Source: an uncultured virus (IMG/VR IMGVR_UViG_3300031088_000740) (lineage: Duplodnaviria; Heunggongvirae; Uroviricota; Caudoviricetes). From it: a DNA stretch of 64,000 nucleotides. Below the pieces are notes generated by a model. That model searched no databases. It had not been told where the DNA came from and saw only the letters and a list, made by a program, of their open reading frames with translations. Below, in pieces: positions 1-9,308 of the stretch (position 1 is its first letter; each line of letters opens with the position of its first letter). Position numbers and translations under genes: made by a program. Where the stretch lies: the IMG/VR virus record IMGVR_UViG_3300031088_000740. One strand, given 5' to 3'.

Positions 1-502
1 GACCAAGAGCTTCATTGATCTTTGTACCGCTCGATGCTGCTCGGACTGCGCCAGTGTCAGGATTGGTGCATTCTGGGATGTTGACGAACGTGTCTCTTGG
101 GAACGAGATGACAGACATGCCACTATGATCCTCGTTGATGTGCACAAGGATGTTGACATCATTCAGACTTGCTCCACGAACGCCATAGGCTGCATTACCC
201 TGACCGGAATCACTACCCACAAGAAGAATGTTCGCCCCGCCGTCAAAAGAGCCGATCTCAACAGGCTTGGGGGTCTCGGTGGGATCGGTAGCTGTTGGTG
301 CAGGCTCGGGAGTTGTATCCAAAGCGACTGCATTGTCCTTCAACTGTCTGTCAAGGTTGTATACCGCGATGGCTGCTACCGAGCCAGCAGATACCGTAAC
401 GACCGCGACGATGGCAAGGAGAACCTTGAGAAGGGTGAGGACGGGATGAGGTCGCTTCAGCTTACCGTGACGTACAGAAGCGACACGGCGATGTGAAGGC
501 AT
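1..502 (-). CDS. LCP (LytR-CpsA-Psr) family protein, runs off the window start; not in ORF track
   Basis: Manual translation from ATG 502: MPSHRRVASVRHGKLKR, a TM helix, then NILLVGSD...NDVNILVH...ISFPRDTFVNIPEC...KINEAL (typical LCP motifs). Confidence 0.85.
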   Translation of the reverse strand, partial: MPSHRRVASVRHGKLKRPHPVLTLLKVLLAIVAVVTVSAGSVAAIAVYNLDRQLKDNAVALDTTPEPAPTATDPTETPKPVEIGSFDGGANILLVGSDSGQGNAAYGVRGASLNDVNILVHINEDHSGMSVISFPRDTFVNIPECTNPDTGAVRAASSGTKINEALG

Positions 503-508
503 GATGTG

Positions 509-537
509 ATTGTATACGCTAGTTCCGGCAAAATCAA
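509..537 (-). promoter_or_regulatory. sigma-A-like promoter, leaderless LCP transcript
   Basis: TTGATT-17-TACAAT, ATG 6 nt after the -10. Confidence 0.65.
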
Positions 538-1148
538 TCAGTTGGCTCAGTTGTGATGAAAGCGTTAATGGTCTGAGGATCAATATCGTGTTCTGCGTAG
601 TTAGCAACCCTCTCGACATCAGTCGTATCAAGGCTTACCCAGAGCGACTTGAAAACCTCAGGGCTAATGCCTCGTTCGATGAAGCTTGGGATCTTAGCCG
701 TAATCTCTTTGTTGCTCGAAATAGAGCGGTCGTCCATAATCATCGACCAGCGAACAGCATGTGACGCATCGACACCATGAGCGTTGATGAGTTCATACAA
801 GGTATGAGCCTGCATTGTTGACCACGACTCTCTACCTCTTTTGAGATAGTCAATGTCATCGGGGTTCTTGTTGATTTCCTTCTTCACCAGGGGCGACAGC
901 GCAAAACCCGAACGACTAGCAAAGTGATTGAACGCAATCATAACGAGAATGAGACCGACAACAATAAGAATCATGAAGGCGACATACCAGCCGCCTGTCG
1001 GTCCATTAGGACTAAACATTGAAATGAAGCTAGCTGACACAAAGAGGGTCATAGCGACTGAATTGAGAACCTGACCAACCCGGAGGTTTTTGTTCTGGTA
1101 GACAACGCAAATCATGAACCTGACTGCTTTGATGAAGTCTTTCATCAC
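534..1148 (-). CDS. membrane protein with C-terminal NDID-family module
   Basis: Two TM segments; ERGISPEVF...AEHDIDPQTINAF. Confidence 0.7.
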   Translation of the reverse strand: MMKDFIKAVRFMICVVYQNKNLRVGQVLNSVAMTLFVSASFISMFSPNGPTGGWYVAFMILIVVGLILVMIAFNHFASRSGFALSPLVKKEINKNPDDIDYLKRGRESWSTMQAHTLYELINAHGVDASHAVRWSMIMDDRSISSNKEITAKIPSFIERGISPEVFKSLWVSLDTTDVERVANYAEHDIDPQTINAFITTEPTD

Positions 1149-1747
1149 ACGTCCCCTAAGATCTTCTTCGGATGGTACATGATTCGTATACGACGGTCGA
1201 TGTCGGTTACGAGCGGAAATATCTGCTTGACTAGCTCTCTATCAATGTCGTTCTCGCCAATAGTGACGAGTTGAGCAACGGTATCAACGCCAAGCTTGTA
1301 CATCTGAACAAACGTTTCGGGCGAAAGACCAGACTTGTCGAGCTTGATGATGACCGGGGCGAAAGTAGACTGATCCGTGAATCTCATCTTACTGTCGTTG
1401 AAGGCTGATATCCATTCTAGCGCAACAAACTCATTAACGCCAGCAGCAACAAGATGGTCGTAAAAGCCTTTGTAGATAACCCAGTTCTCAACGACCTTCG
1501 AGGTGTCGATTACGCCTTGATACTTCTTGAGACGTTTTGGTACGTAGAGACCATTTTCTAGGCTTTGCAGATACAAGCTACGGAAGAAGAGCACTACCGA
1601 AACAGCCCCGACTACGGCAGCGATGATTCGGATGGCTGAGTTATCGATGCCGTAGCTGAGGGCGCTCACGACCATGACAGCAATAATGACCGCCTGTCTT
1701 CTCAGGCTTCGTCGAACAAAGGTTTTCGACGGCTCAATTCTGCTCAT
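1145..1747 (-). CDS. membrane protein with C-terminal NDID-family module
   Basis: Two TM segments; KSGLSPETF...GENDIDRELVKQI; 4-nt overlap with downstream paralog. Confidence 0.7.
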   Translation of the reverse strand: MSRIEPSKTFVRRSLRRQAVIIAVMVVSALSYGIDNSAIRIIAAVVGAVSVVLFFRSLYLQSLENGLYVPKRLKKYQGVIDTSKVVENWVIYKGFYDHLVAAGVNEFVALEWISAFNDSKMRFTDQSTFAPVIIKLDKSGLSPETFVQMYKLGVDTVAQLVTIGENDIDRELVKQIFPLVTDIDRRIRIMYHPKKILGDV

Positions 1748-1753
1748 ACAACC

Positions 1754-1782
1754 AGACTAATTTAGGTGTGAGTTTTTGTCAA
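1754..1782 (-). promoter_or_regulatory. sigma-A-like promoter (leaderless)
   Basis: TTGACA-17-TAGTCT, ATG 6 nt downstream. Confidence 0.7.
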
Positions 1783-1866
1783 TGGGAAGCTCTTTGATGA
1801 TACGGTTGTTAGACCAATTGATCCACAAGCCATCGGCGGCTTTTACCGAAAGGAAGTAGCCTCCGA

Positions 1867-2553
1867 ATGGCTAACACCTCTATTGTCCTTGTCCTGGGTG
1901 TCATCTCATCCATCACACTCATCATCTCCGCGTTGTCGGTGCATCGAGCACGCTTATTGACTTTCTCTGCTGTCACTACGGCGCTAGTTATCGCACAACT
2001 TGTCATCTCTCGTGACCCACTCTCTACCATCCTCATCTGTGCCATCGGGGTTGTTCAGATGAGTATTTTGCTTCTTGCTGATAAGCGATTCCCTAGGCTC
2101 AACCACTGGTCAGTCCTGTCGGTGTTCTTGGCAACATACGCAGCAACGTTCGCATTCAGCGCCGACTTTGGCACGATGAACTGGTACGAGTGGCTACCTC
2201 TGCTTGGCTCCTTCGCGGGCACTATCGGAGTCTTCATCACCAAGATGGGGATCACTAAGTCGCTAGCTACATCCTCAGCCGTCATTTGGGCGGGGTATTA
2301 CCTGTTCGCAGGTATGAACACACAACTGATCGGACAATCGTTCACCATTGCTGCCAATGCAGTTGCACTAGCAATGATCATCAAGGCGAGCCGCAATGGT
2401 ATTCCAGTCGATGCTATTCGTGACATCGATGACCGTCTTGCTGAGGCACTCACGGGAAGCATCAGGGTGGTCACTGAGAGCATTCAGACTGTCACTCAAT
2501 CCAACCGCATCATCAACCCTACCGGAACCGTCAGAACCGTAGACGGCTCTTAA
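1867..2553 (+). CDS. multi-pass membrane protein, YgjV-like
   Basis: About 7 hydrophobic segments, WLPLLGS and W..YYLFAG patterns; terminator follows. Confidence 0.55.
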   Translation: MANTSIVLVLGVISSITLIISALSVHRARLLTFSAVTTALVIAQLVISRDPLSTILICAIGVVQMSILLLADKRFPRLNHWSVLSVFLATYAATFAFSADFGTMNWYEWLPLLGSFAGTIGVFITKMGITKSLATSSAVIWAGYYLFAGMNTQLIGQSFTIAANAVALAMIIKASRNGIPVDAIRDIDDRLAEALTGSIRVVTESIQTVTQSNRIINPTGTVRTVDGS

Positions 2554-2558
2554 AATAG

Positions 2559-2596
2559 AGAAGACTGGTCTCGCTTATGCGAGCCAGTCTTCTTTG
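2559..2596. terminator. intrinsic terminator between convergent genes
   Basis: agaagactgg(t)ctcgc / gcgagccagtcttct inverted repeat. Confidence 0.7.
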
Positions 2597-2609
2597 TTCG
2601 GGCTAGATA

Positions 2610-2741
2610 CTATCGGATGTTGCTTGTGGCATGCAGTCGAGCATCCTCGACTGTGTGTATCTGGCGGAGACTTGCGGTGGACGGGTTTGAACTTCGGTCA
2701 GCCTTGTGGGCGCTCCAAAGAGACTTGATATACTTGAGCAT
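2610..2741 (-). CDS. small hypothetical protein (43 aa), not in ORF track
   Basis: MLKYIKSLWSAHKADRSS...HATSNIR*; TAACAT -10 lies 6 nt upstream of the ATG. Confidence 0.4.
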   Translation of the reverse strand: MLKYIKSLWSAHKADRSSNPSTASLRQIHTVEDARLHATSNIR

Positions 2742-2768
2742 GTGACTATGTTACAGGCTTGTTACAGA

Positions 2769-3689
2769 CTAAAGCAAGTTAACGAGAAGACCTTTGCCCA
2801 AACTTAGGGCGATATTCACATCCAGAACTCCTTCGAGTACCATCGTCAGCGTTTTTCGCTCCATAAAGTCGTGCTTACTCACCCTGTGGAAATCACCTGG
2901 AGAGATACCTTTGTCGCTTAGCTCACCCGCCCAGTCTGCTAGCTCAGCCATCGACTCCTTTCGCTTACTCATCGCGCAAATCCATTGCCATGCGGTATGA
3001 GATTGACCAGATGATCGCAACGTACGCGCAAAGATATCGGTAGTGTAATTGACACCACTGCTCGGCGGTTCGATGTAACTCATGCTCGTGATTGCTGTAT
3101 GAGGTGATACCAGGCGGTGCGAATAATCAGCGTATCGAATAGCTCGCGCATAGTCCTCGAATGACATTCCTGTTGAGTTGGCGATATCTAGGATTGGCTC
3201 ATAGGAGATACCTCCGAGTCTTTTGAGTTCCTCTGTAAGCTCAATCCTTATTTCGTTACTTACGAAATTCTCACTACCGAAGAGTAGACCTGCTTGTTGG
3301 AGACATGAGGTGATAGGAAGGCTATTGTCTTGGCTAACTCTAAAATGGGGTAACCAATCCAGCGCTGCTGTTAGCCGCTGGTTCCAAAAATCCTTGTTGG
3401 CACTCCAGCCTTCTACTAAACCCCGAGCGGTGATCCGGTGATACCTACCAGCATGCTTACCAATTCCCCCTTCACCCAATGCAATACCAAATGCGGAGCT
3501 ATCAAAGGCATCAAGCGCTTTTTGGTCATGCTTCGCAAGGAAAGCATTAGTGATATGAACCCTCTTAGGAAAGACGTATTCGTTGATGACGGGTATGCCG
3601 CCCTTGTACGTCTCTTTACGCGTAGATGGCTCTTCTACGCCCTCCCAGACCCATTCGTGGAGGGCGCTAATCGACATCTTCGTTGCCAC
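2769..3689 (-). CDS. hypothetical protein, divergent NDID-family module
   Basis: DKGISPGDF...LEGVLDVNIALSL at the C-terminus. Confidence 0.7.
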   Translation of the reverse strand: MATKMSISALHEWVWEGVEEPSTRKETYKGGIPVINEYVFPKRVHITNAFLAKHDQKALDAFDSSAFGIALGEGGIGKHAGRYHRITARGLVEGWSANKDFWNQRLTAALDWLPHFRVSQDNSLPITSCLQQAGLLFGSENFVSNEIRIELTEELKRLGGISYEPILDIANSTGMSFEDYARAIRYADYSHRLVSPHTAITSMSYIEPPSSGVNYTTDIFARTLRSSGQSHTAWQWICAMSKRKESMAELADWAGELSDKGISPGDFHRVSKHDFMERKTLTMVLEGVLDVNIALSLGKGLLVNLL

Positions 3690-4035
3690 TCTTTTCAGAG
3701 TTCTGAATGTCCTCTGCGTTAGCCTTTTCTTCCATGAGAAGGACGTATTTCTTCCTGTCCATCAATGCGCTATAACTGAGGTTTCGCGCCAGGAGGGTAA
3801 ACGAGTTGACCAGCATAAAGCTACCCAAGAGGAACACCAACAGACCGAATGTGCTATTAGTCTCGACACTCAGGATGATGAGCAGGAGATTGAAACCTAA
3901 GAAGAGGGCAAAGACCCAAGCCAGCATGGAGAAAGAAATCTGCACAGAAGCGCGCCGCTTGTATACCTTTGCGGGCTTGATCGCGTCTGCCAAGGTAATC
4001 CTGGCTAGTTCTTGCTGAAGTTCTTTCGGCTTCAA
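3667..4035 (-). CDS. small two-TM membrane protein
   Basis: Two hydrophobic segments; overlaps the next gene. Confidence 0.55.
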   Translation of the reverse strand: MKPKELQQELARITLADAIKPAKVYKRRASVQISFSMLAWVFALFLGFNLLLIILSVETNSTFGLLVFLLGSFMLVNSFTLLARNLSYSALMDRKKYVLLMEEKANAEDIQNSEKSGNEDVD

Positions 4036-4076
4036 GGGTGGCTCATTTCGTTGCGGACAGTATCACCGAGTTTCAC

Positions 4077-4667
4077 TCAAACGTCAAGTCGGTGCTGACG
4101 AGTGTACTCCGACATGATGATACCAGCAGCAGTAGCGGCATTGAGAGAACGAACACTACCCTGCATGGGAATGTAGACCATGCCATCGCAGTCATCGATT
4201 ACCTCACTCGAAAGACCAAGCTGCTCTTCGCCGTAGATGAAGGCAGACTTCTCAGGGTACTCAACATCCCAAAGCGAACTGGGATCGTACGAATCGATGT
4301 TATCGACAGCGTACAGAGTGTAGCCCTCAGCCCGCAGATAGTCACGGACGAAGGACCAGTCCTCGTGCTGCTTCAGCGTCTCGTAGTGGTGAGTTCCAAC
4401 GGTCCCCCGGGGGTCGAACTTACGCGCACCCACCAGCCAGATCTCCTGCGCGAGGAAAGCATTGGATGTGCGGACGATGGTCGCCTTGTTGAAGTCTGAA
4501 GAGAGGTTCATGCACACATTGATGAACTTGTTGCGCCGCTCCGCGAGCATTGCGCGAATAGCAACTACGTCCTGGACCTGCTTGAATTCGTCGATGACGT
4601 TTCGTGTTGCGGGGTCACGAACGACCGTCTCGGTGAATACAAGCTCGTTGGTGTCAGGGTTCTTCAT
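4077..4667 (-). CDS. TrmH/SpoU-family RNA 2'-O-methyltransferase
   Basis: SPOUT motifs N.ATIVRTSNAF, YGEEQLGL, IPMQGSVRSLNAATAAGI; TTGACA-17-TAACAT promoter at 4674-4702. Confidence 0.9.
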   Translation of the reverse strand: MKNPDTNELVFTETVVRDPATRNVIDEFKQVQDVVAIRAMLAERRNKFINVCMNLSSDFNKATIVRTSNAFLAQEIWLVGARKFDPRGTVGTHHYETLKQHEDWSFVRDYLRAEGYTLYAVDNIDSYDPSSLWDVEYPEKSAFIYGEEQLGLSSEVIDDCDGMVYIPMQGSVRSLNAATAAGIIMSEYTRQHRLDV

Positions 4668-4702
4668 ACTCCGATGTTAGTCGATTGATGAAGTGCTGTC
4701 AA

Positions 4703-5377
4703 CTAGTCAAGTTCGAGGGCATTCCAAAGAACGTCATGCAGATTGGTGTCTGGTTCCTCTGCGAGAAATTCAAGTAGCGCTTCTGGTCCACCAGCAGATT
4801 CGATCTCTTCAGCCACATTGACCCATGACTTGATGGAATCGGGATCTTCCACAGTAATGGTGTTGGACCAGTACTCTTTGCCGTCTTCTACCGGGTCAGG
4901 TGCGATGTCAAAACCATTGAGTGACATTGCCTCTTTGAGGTCATCGCGGCGGTCTGCGATGTTTGCACGAATCTCAGAGAGTGTTTCCTCGGTAGGGTTG
5001 GACTCACCCTGTTCTGCCGCGATGATGTGCGCAACATCGACGTTGCCAAAACCAACGGTGATCTCTAGACCGAAAGTACCCTGTGTCACCGTGACATCGG
5101 GGTTGCCTCCCCGAGGGAATAACAAGCGTGAATTATGCTTATCGAGAGTGATGGACATTCCATCAGCACCTTCAGCTTCTTGGACAGGATTGCCTTTGCC
5201 CATAGCTCGGATGATGTCTCCTGCACTAAAGTTGTCAGCGGCGGACCCGTCTACAGAAAGCGAGATAGAGGCAGGTACGCGGTTGTTAGCACCACTATCG
5301 GCATCGATCTTCTTGTGAACAGTGGTGAGCTTGCCGTTCTTATCGACAATCGGGGTGGAAACAGTTGGGTTGGACAT
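4703..5377 (-). CDS. DKNGK-tagged acidic protein #1
   Basis: Start ATG 5377 after aaaggag; MSNPTVSTPIVDKNGKLTTVHKK. Confidence 0.8.
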   Translation of the reverse strand: MSNPTVSTPIVDKNGKLTTVHKKIDADSGANNRVPASISLSVDGSAADNFSAGDIIRAMGKGNPVQEAEGADGMSITLDKHNSRLLFPRGGNPDVTVTQGTFGLEITVGFGNVDVAHIIAAEQGESNPTEETLSEIRANIADRRDDLKEAMSLNGFDIAPDPVEDGKEYWSNTITVEDPDSIKSWVNVAEEIESAGGPEALLEFLAEEPDTNLHDVLWNALELD

Positions 5378-5394
5378 TGTTCTCCTTTGGGTCA

Positions 5395-5416
5395 ATAGTA
5401 CCAGCGGTCGATGACA
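5395..5416 (-). promoter_or_regulatory. TGTC-N12-TAnnnT promoter motif
   Basis: TGTC atcgaccgctgg TACTAT. Confidence 0.7.
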
Positions 5417-5692
5417 CTAACGTGACAGGACCATCCCGCCAATGCTTCCGATCACGGTATCAGTCTTGATGTGGCGAGGAACACACGAACCGTTATCGAG
5501 AGTCTTGATGAGGAAGTCGCGAAGCGTACTCACCTTCCACTTGCTCGGCTGACTAAACTCCGAATAGAGAACCATCTTCTCTTTGGTGGTGTCATCTTCA
5601 ACTATCTTGACCACCTGAACAAGACCACCGTCTACTTCTCTGTAGACAACAGACTCCTGCACTTCAACAAGTGAGCCATCGCTGCTGTTCAT
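5417..5692 (-). CDS. small protein, DUF1653-like
   Basis: VYREVDGGLVQVV...TKEKMVLYSE...WKVSTLRDFL resembles the DUF1653 pattern. Confidence 0.45.
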   Translation of the reverse strand: MNSSDGSLVEVQESVVYREVDGGLVQVVKIVEDDTTKEKMVLYSEFSQPSKWKVSTLRDFLIKTLDNGSCVPRHIKTDTVIGSIGGMVLSR

Positions 5693-5731
5693 ACATCAAG
5701 ACTACAGGGAGCCACCGATATTCAGCGCCCA

Positions 5732-6205
5732 TTACTCCTTGCGAGGGAAAATGAGGAACTCGTCGCGACTGACAAGACCGTAGTGCGTCGTTAGAGCACT
5801 CACCTTATCGGGGTTCCTAGAAGCTAGATGATTGATCTCGGCAAGAACTTCACCTACAGATGCAGGAAGGAACTCGACGATCTTCATGGGGCTTCCAAGA
5901 GCACCATATTCAACAGTGACTAGGGCAATGGGTTCTTCGTTGTTGATGACTTGCTCAGGAGAAAGAGTCATGACATTGACCTGCTGGATCTTTCCTCCGC
6001 CGTCCTGGTTCTTCAACCACTCGACGTAGACCTTATCTGAGGTGTCGAGTTCCTTGTGTGAAGTGGGGCGGGCGTACTTCACCTCTACTGATACCACCTG
6101 AGTGACTGCAACCCTATCTCGACCTGTATTGGGGTCAGTGTGGACATAACAAATCCATCGACCACGGAGGTTAGGTGATTCCGATGTAAGCTGCTCGTCA
6201 GCCAT
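5732..6205 (-). CDS. hypothetical protein
   Basis: 157-aa ORF with RBS gaaggg. Confidence 0.6.
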   Translation of the reverse strand: MADEQLTSESPNLRGRWICYVHTDPNTGRDRVAVTQVVSVEVKYARPTSHKELDTSDKVYVEWLKNQDGGGKIQQVNVMTLSPEQVINNEEPIALVTVEYGALGSPMKIVEFLPASVGEVLAEINHLASRNPDKVSALTTHYGLVSRDEFLIFPRKE

Positions 6206-6369
6206 TCAAAGGCACCCTTCTGGTATGTACGCGCTTATGCACCCGCACATCATACAACTTTTAGGCTAGAAGTGAAGGGGTCTTGCTGTGGTTTACGGCT
6301 ATCGCTCAGCATAGCGGCTATGAGGAATAATTGGTACGGATTCTCTGAAAATCGTATTTTGAGAGTGAA

Positions 6370-6404
6370 ACAGCCCGCACCTACTTTGATTCAATGCGGG
6401 CTGT
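6370..6404 (-). terminator. intrinsic terminator after the ArdA-like gene
   Basis: acagcccgca / tgcgggctgt, T-run on the minus strand. Confidence 0.65.
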
Positions 6405-6417
6405 CAGCGGACAAAAG

Positions 6418-7329
6418 CTATCGCTTGAAGTAGTAGCCCTTGATGGAGTCATAGCCACCAGCGGAACCACCAGCATAAGCCACCCAATCAACATAAGAGC
6501 CTAGACCCTTATAGCTTTCTTGATAGTCCAGATATGCTCTGACCTCACCGCCGTCAGGTGTCTCGGTGTCATCTTCTAGACCTCCACCAAGACCAATCTC
6601 TGACTGAGTGTAATTGGTTGCCGCTTTGTCCCAATCAATGTAATCACCAATGGCTTGCATACCCGAACGCGAGTCTAGACCGCTACCGTCATCGTCTATG
6701 TCACCATATTCTTGCTCAAACATGAATTCACCAAGTTCATCAGCGCCTCTGAACTTGCCGTAGTACTTCGACTCAGCGATAGGGACGATCTCGCTCACCG
6801 GTTCGCCTCCATTGAGAGCATGGTAAGCAGCGTAGACTTCGAGACTGTGGCGTGTTCTGTCAATGAACTGGGAGCCGTATTCGGTGTCTTGTAGCCCCTT
6901 GAGTTCATCAAGCGCATCTTCATAGGAATGCGACTGGATGTATACCTGCTCATCAATAGGTAGGTTGAGGTGCTCTTCATTGACCCAGTAACCAATGTGA
7001 CCATTAGAAAGACCTCCATAGATGATGTCGTCTTCAGTCAACTCGGGGTTCTTTGAAAGGACTACTTCGAGGTGGTCAATGCTGTCTTCCTTGGAGCTAC
7101 CCAAGAAGAATTCGTCGAACAAGATTTCGTCTTCGGGGTTTTTGTCGATGAAGCTCTCCTTAGCTACGTCGTAACTAGGATCAGTAGCAATGCGAGATGC
7201 CTTCTTCGCAGCACTTTTGGGCTTTGCATTAGCCACAACGCGGAGGGCTACAGGCTCTCCTTGCTTGACATGACGGGTAACGAGATGACCATTTTTGTCT
7301 GTTCGGACTTCGGGTTGGAGGTTAGACAC
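6418..7329 (-). CDS. DKNGK-tagged protein #2 with ArdA-like antirestriction C-terminal region
   Basis: N-term EVRTDKNGHLVTRHVK; very acidic; YYGKF...ELGEFMFEQ, YIDWDKAA, YVDWVAYA...GYYF resemble ArdA Y(I/F)DYEA(F/Y) motifs. Confidence 0.65.
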   Translation of the reverse strand: MSNLQPEVRTDKNGHLVTRHVKQGEPVALRVVANAKPKSAAKKASRIATDPSYDVAKESFIDKNPEDEILFDEFFLGSSKEDSIDHLEVVLSKNPELTEDDIIYGGLSNGHIGYWVNEEHLNLPIDEQVYIQSHSYEDALDELKGLQDTEYGSQFIDRTRHSLEVYAAYHALNGGEPVSEIVPIAESKYYGKFRGADELGEFMFEQEYGDIDDDGSGLDSRSGMQAIGDYIDWDKAATNYTQSEIGLGGGLEDDTETPDGGEVRAYLDYQESYKGLGSYVDWVAYAGGSAGGYDSIKGYYFKR

Positions 7330-7359
7330 AGGAGAACCTTTCGGAGTAACTTTGGCTCA

Positions 7360-7381
7360 ATTGTAGCAATCATATCCGACA
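7360..7381 (-). promoter_or_regulatory. TGTC-N12-TAnnnT promoter motif
   Basis: TGTC ggatatgattgc TACAAT. Confidence 0.7.
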
Positions 7382-7421
7382 TAGCTTGGATCGGTCAGGT
7401 GGTTGTGGGTAGACTGTGCTC

Positions 7422-8189
7422 ATGACACGTATGGAAGAGTTCAAGGACGCAGAGAAGCTGCTTGAAACCATTGTGGAGCCGAAAAGGATTTACGCCATCA
7501 GGGTTGATGGTCGTTCCTTCAAGAAGTACACCAAGGATCTAGAAAGACCGTTCGACTTGAAGTTCATGGCTGCAATGGACGAAGCTGCTCTGCGTATCGT
7601 TAAAGAAGTATCCGGTGCGATGTTCGCCTATGTCCAGTCGGACGAAATCACAGTGTTCTTCTCAGACCTCTCGACTGAGAACAGCCAGCTATGGTTTGGT
7701 GGTCGTCTCAGTAAGTGGATCTCCATCACTGCATCGATTGCTTCGGTCTCTATGGCTCGGTCATTCCCTGACAAGCTACCTCCCGCGTTCGACTCTCGGG
7801 CATTCCAGCTTGACGGTATGGAAGCTGTTCACCGTTACCTCGACTGGCGACGTAGAGACGCTTTCAAGAACGCTATCACGATGGCTGCACATTGCTACAA
7901 AGAGCACAATGCCCTGATGTCCAAGAGTACCAACGACAGAATTGCTCTACTCGAAGGAACCGCACACTCGATGGGTAGCCTTCCACGCGGCTTCAAGTAC
8001 GGTCGAGTAATCATCCGTCACAAGACCAAGGGATTCGCCACCATTCCTGCAACTGAGGACAGAGAAGAGGCTCGTGTCTCCGTCGATAGGTATAGCTGGC
8101 TGACTGTGCCAGCGGGTGTCAGTGTTGTCTCTATGATGCTGACCGGTGTTGAGCAGTCCCTTAGCGCATTGGAAGTACAGCCTTCTTAA
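7422..8189 (+). CDS. tRNA(His) guanylyltransferase, Thg1-like
   Basis: IRVDGRSFKKYT, RPFD, YVQSDEI, WFGGR, FDSR, WRRRDAFKNAI. Confidence 0.92.
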   Translation: MTRMEEFKDAEKLLETIVEPKRIYAIRVDGRSFKKYTKDLERPFDLKFMAAMDEAALRIVKEVSGAMFAYVQSDEITVFFSDLSTENSQLWFGGRLSKWISITASIASVSMARSFPDKLPPAFDSRAFQLDGMEAVHRYLDWRRRDAFKNAITMAAHCYKEHNALMSKSTNDRIALLEGTAHSMGSLPRGFKYGRVIIRHKTKGFATIPATEDREEARVSVDRYSWLTVPAGVSVVSMMLTGVEQSLSALEVQPS

Positions 8190-8997
8190 CTGCCTTTTGA
8201 ACAAGGTAAGCGTCAGGTTTGTAAAGCCAGTTCTGCTGACCGTCAGCATGGAACGCTGCCTTGATGCAGTCAACTACGCCATTGATATCGCAGTTGTACC
8301 AAGCGGAACACCACGATGGATTAAACTCCAACAGGACTATTTCGCCAGTAGTGAGTATCGCAGTGTCAGCAACAACGCTGATAGGTAGCTCCGACTCTTG
8401 TGAAACCTCAGCAAGGAAGCTAGACACTCTGTCGAAATCACCTTCACGGTTTACAGCGCCATCGTAAGCCGTGAGGGTGCTGCCGTCTACAAAGTGGTTC
8501 AAATAGACACTAGATGTCACCACACGACCATCTACGAGAAAAGACCGGAACTCCCGGTCGATAGAGAGTCGCCCTTCTGAAAAGTGCAAGGCTGAATCGT
8601 GGGGTAGTTGATTGCGCGTGATATCAGTCATCAACTCATCCGCAGTCCGATATTCAGAAGCGAATCCATCCACCTTAGCTTCGGCTGATTTCCACCAGCC
8701 CGCCACAGGGTTAGCAAGAGATTCTTGAACGGTGAGTAACTGAACGCTACGCCCTAGAACATCTTCTTGAAAAGAGGGCAGAAGTGCTGTACCGGGAGAT
8801 ATCAGATCGACAGTATCTCGACCGGCACTAGCGAGAGCACGGTTCATTTCAACAGCAAAGGACTGAGGAATCCACCAAATGTCCGATGGCGTAAACAAGG
8901 GTACTTCTAGACCCCATGAGTGATTGACTTCGATATCCGCTGCGGACATCTCTTCCATCATCCAGTTGGGATGACAGATGAGTTGCAGTCTGGTCAT
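8161..8997 (-). CDS. ATP-grasp protein (R2K/DUF4343-like)
   Basis: REFRSFLVDGRVVTSSVY, VVADTA, LLEFNPSWCSAWY. Confidence 0.7.
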   Translation of the reverse strand: MTRLQLICHPNWMMEEMSAADIEVNHSWGLEVPLFTPSDIWWIPQSFAVEMNRALASAGRDTVDLISPGTALLPSFQEDVLGRSVQLLTVQESLANPVAGWWKSAEAKVDGFASEYRTADELMTDITRNQLPHDSALHFSEGRLSIDREFRSFLVDGRVVTSSVYLNHFVDGSTLTAYDGAVNREGDFDRVSSFLAEVSQESELPISVVADTAILTTGEIVLLEFNPSWCSAWYNCDINGVVDCIKAAFHADGQQNWLYKPDAYLVQKAVKKAVLPMR

Positions 8998-9156
8998 TCA
9001 GTTAGCGACTGACTCAAAACGAGCGCTCTGCTTGCGCTCCTTGCGCTTGAGAGTGTGACCGACAGCACGACGAGTCTTGGCACTGTTGTGACAAGAACAA
9101 CCGGCATGACAAAGCCGACCCTGAGCACCGTGATCGTTTTTACCATTCCTCAACAT
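8998..9156 (-). CDS. 52-aa Cys/His-rich basic peptide, not in ORF track
   Basis: MLRNGKNDHGAQGRLCHAGCSCHNSAKTRRAVGHTLKRKERKQSARFESVAN*; RBS gaagggg; its TGA abuts the ATP-grasp ATG. Confidence 0.65.
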   Translation of the reverse strand: MLRNGKNDHGAQGRLCHAGCSCHNSAKTRRAVGHTLKRKERKQSARFESVAN

Positions 9157-9308
9157 GACATTCCCCTTCTTTGTTTAGTCAACGATATCATCTATTCATC
9201 TCGCTGTCCATCTTGGTGACCACAACCGAATTCCGAAACCGTTCAGAACTCAGGATAGATTGGGTACTATTGCACTCGATCATCTCTTGAAACACCGAAA
9301 GGCGAAAT

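Noticed and set aside
125..496. Plus-strand ORFs 125..496 and 228..449
   Set aside because: Antisense shadows of the LCP gene.
5699..5720. TATC-N12-TAGTCT before an untagged gene (also TATC-N12-TACTCT at 61227-61248 and TGTC-N13-TAGTCT near 49499-49521)
   Set aside because: Imperfect matches; not counted in the TGTC regulon, though they may be weaker members and limit the claim of exclusivity.
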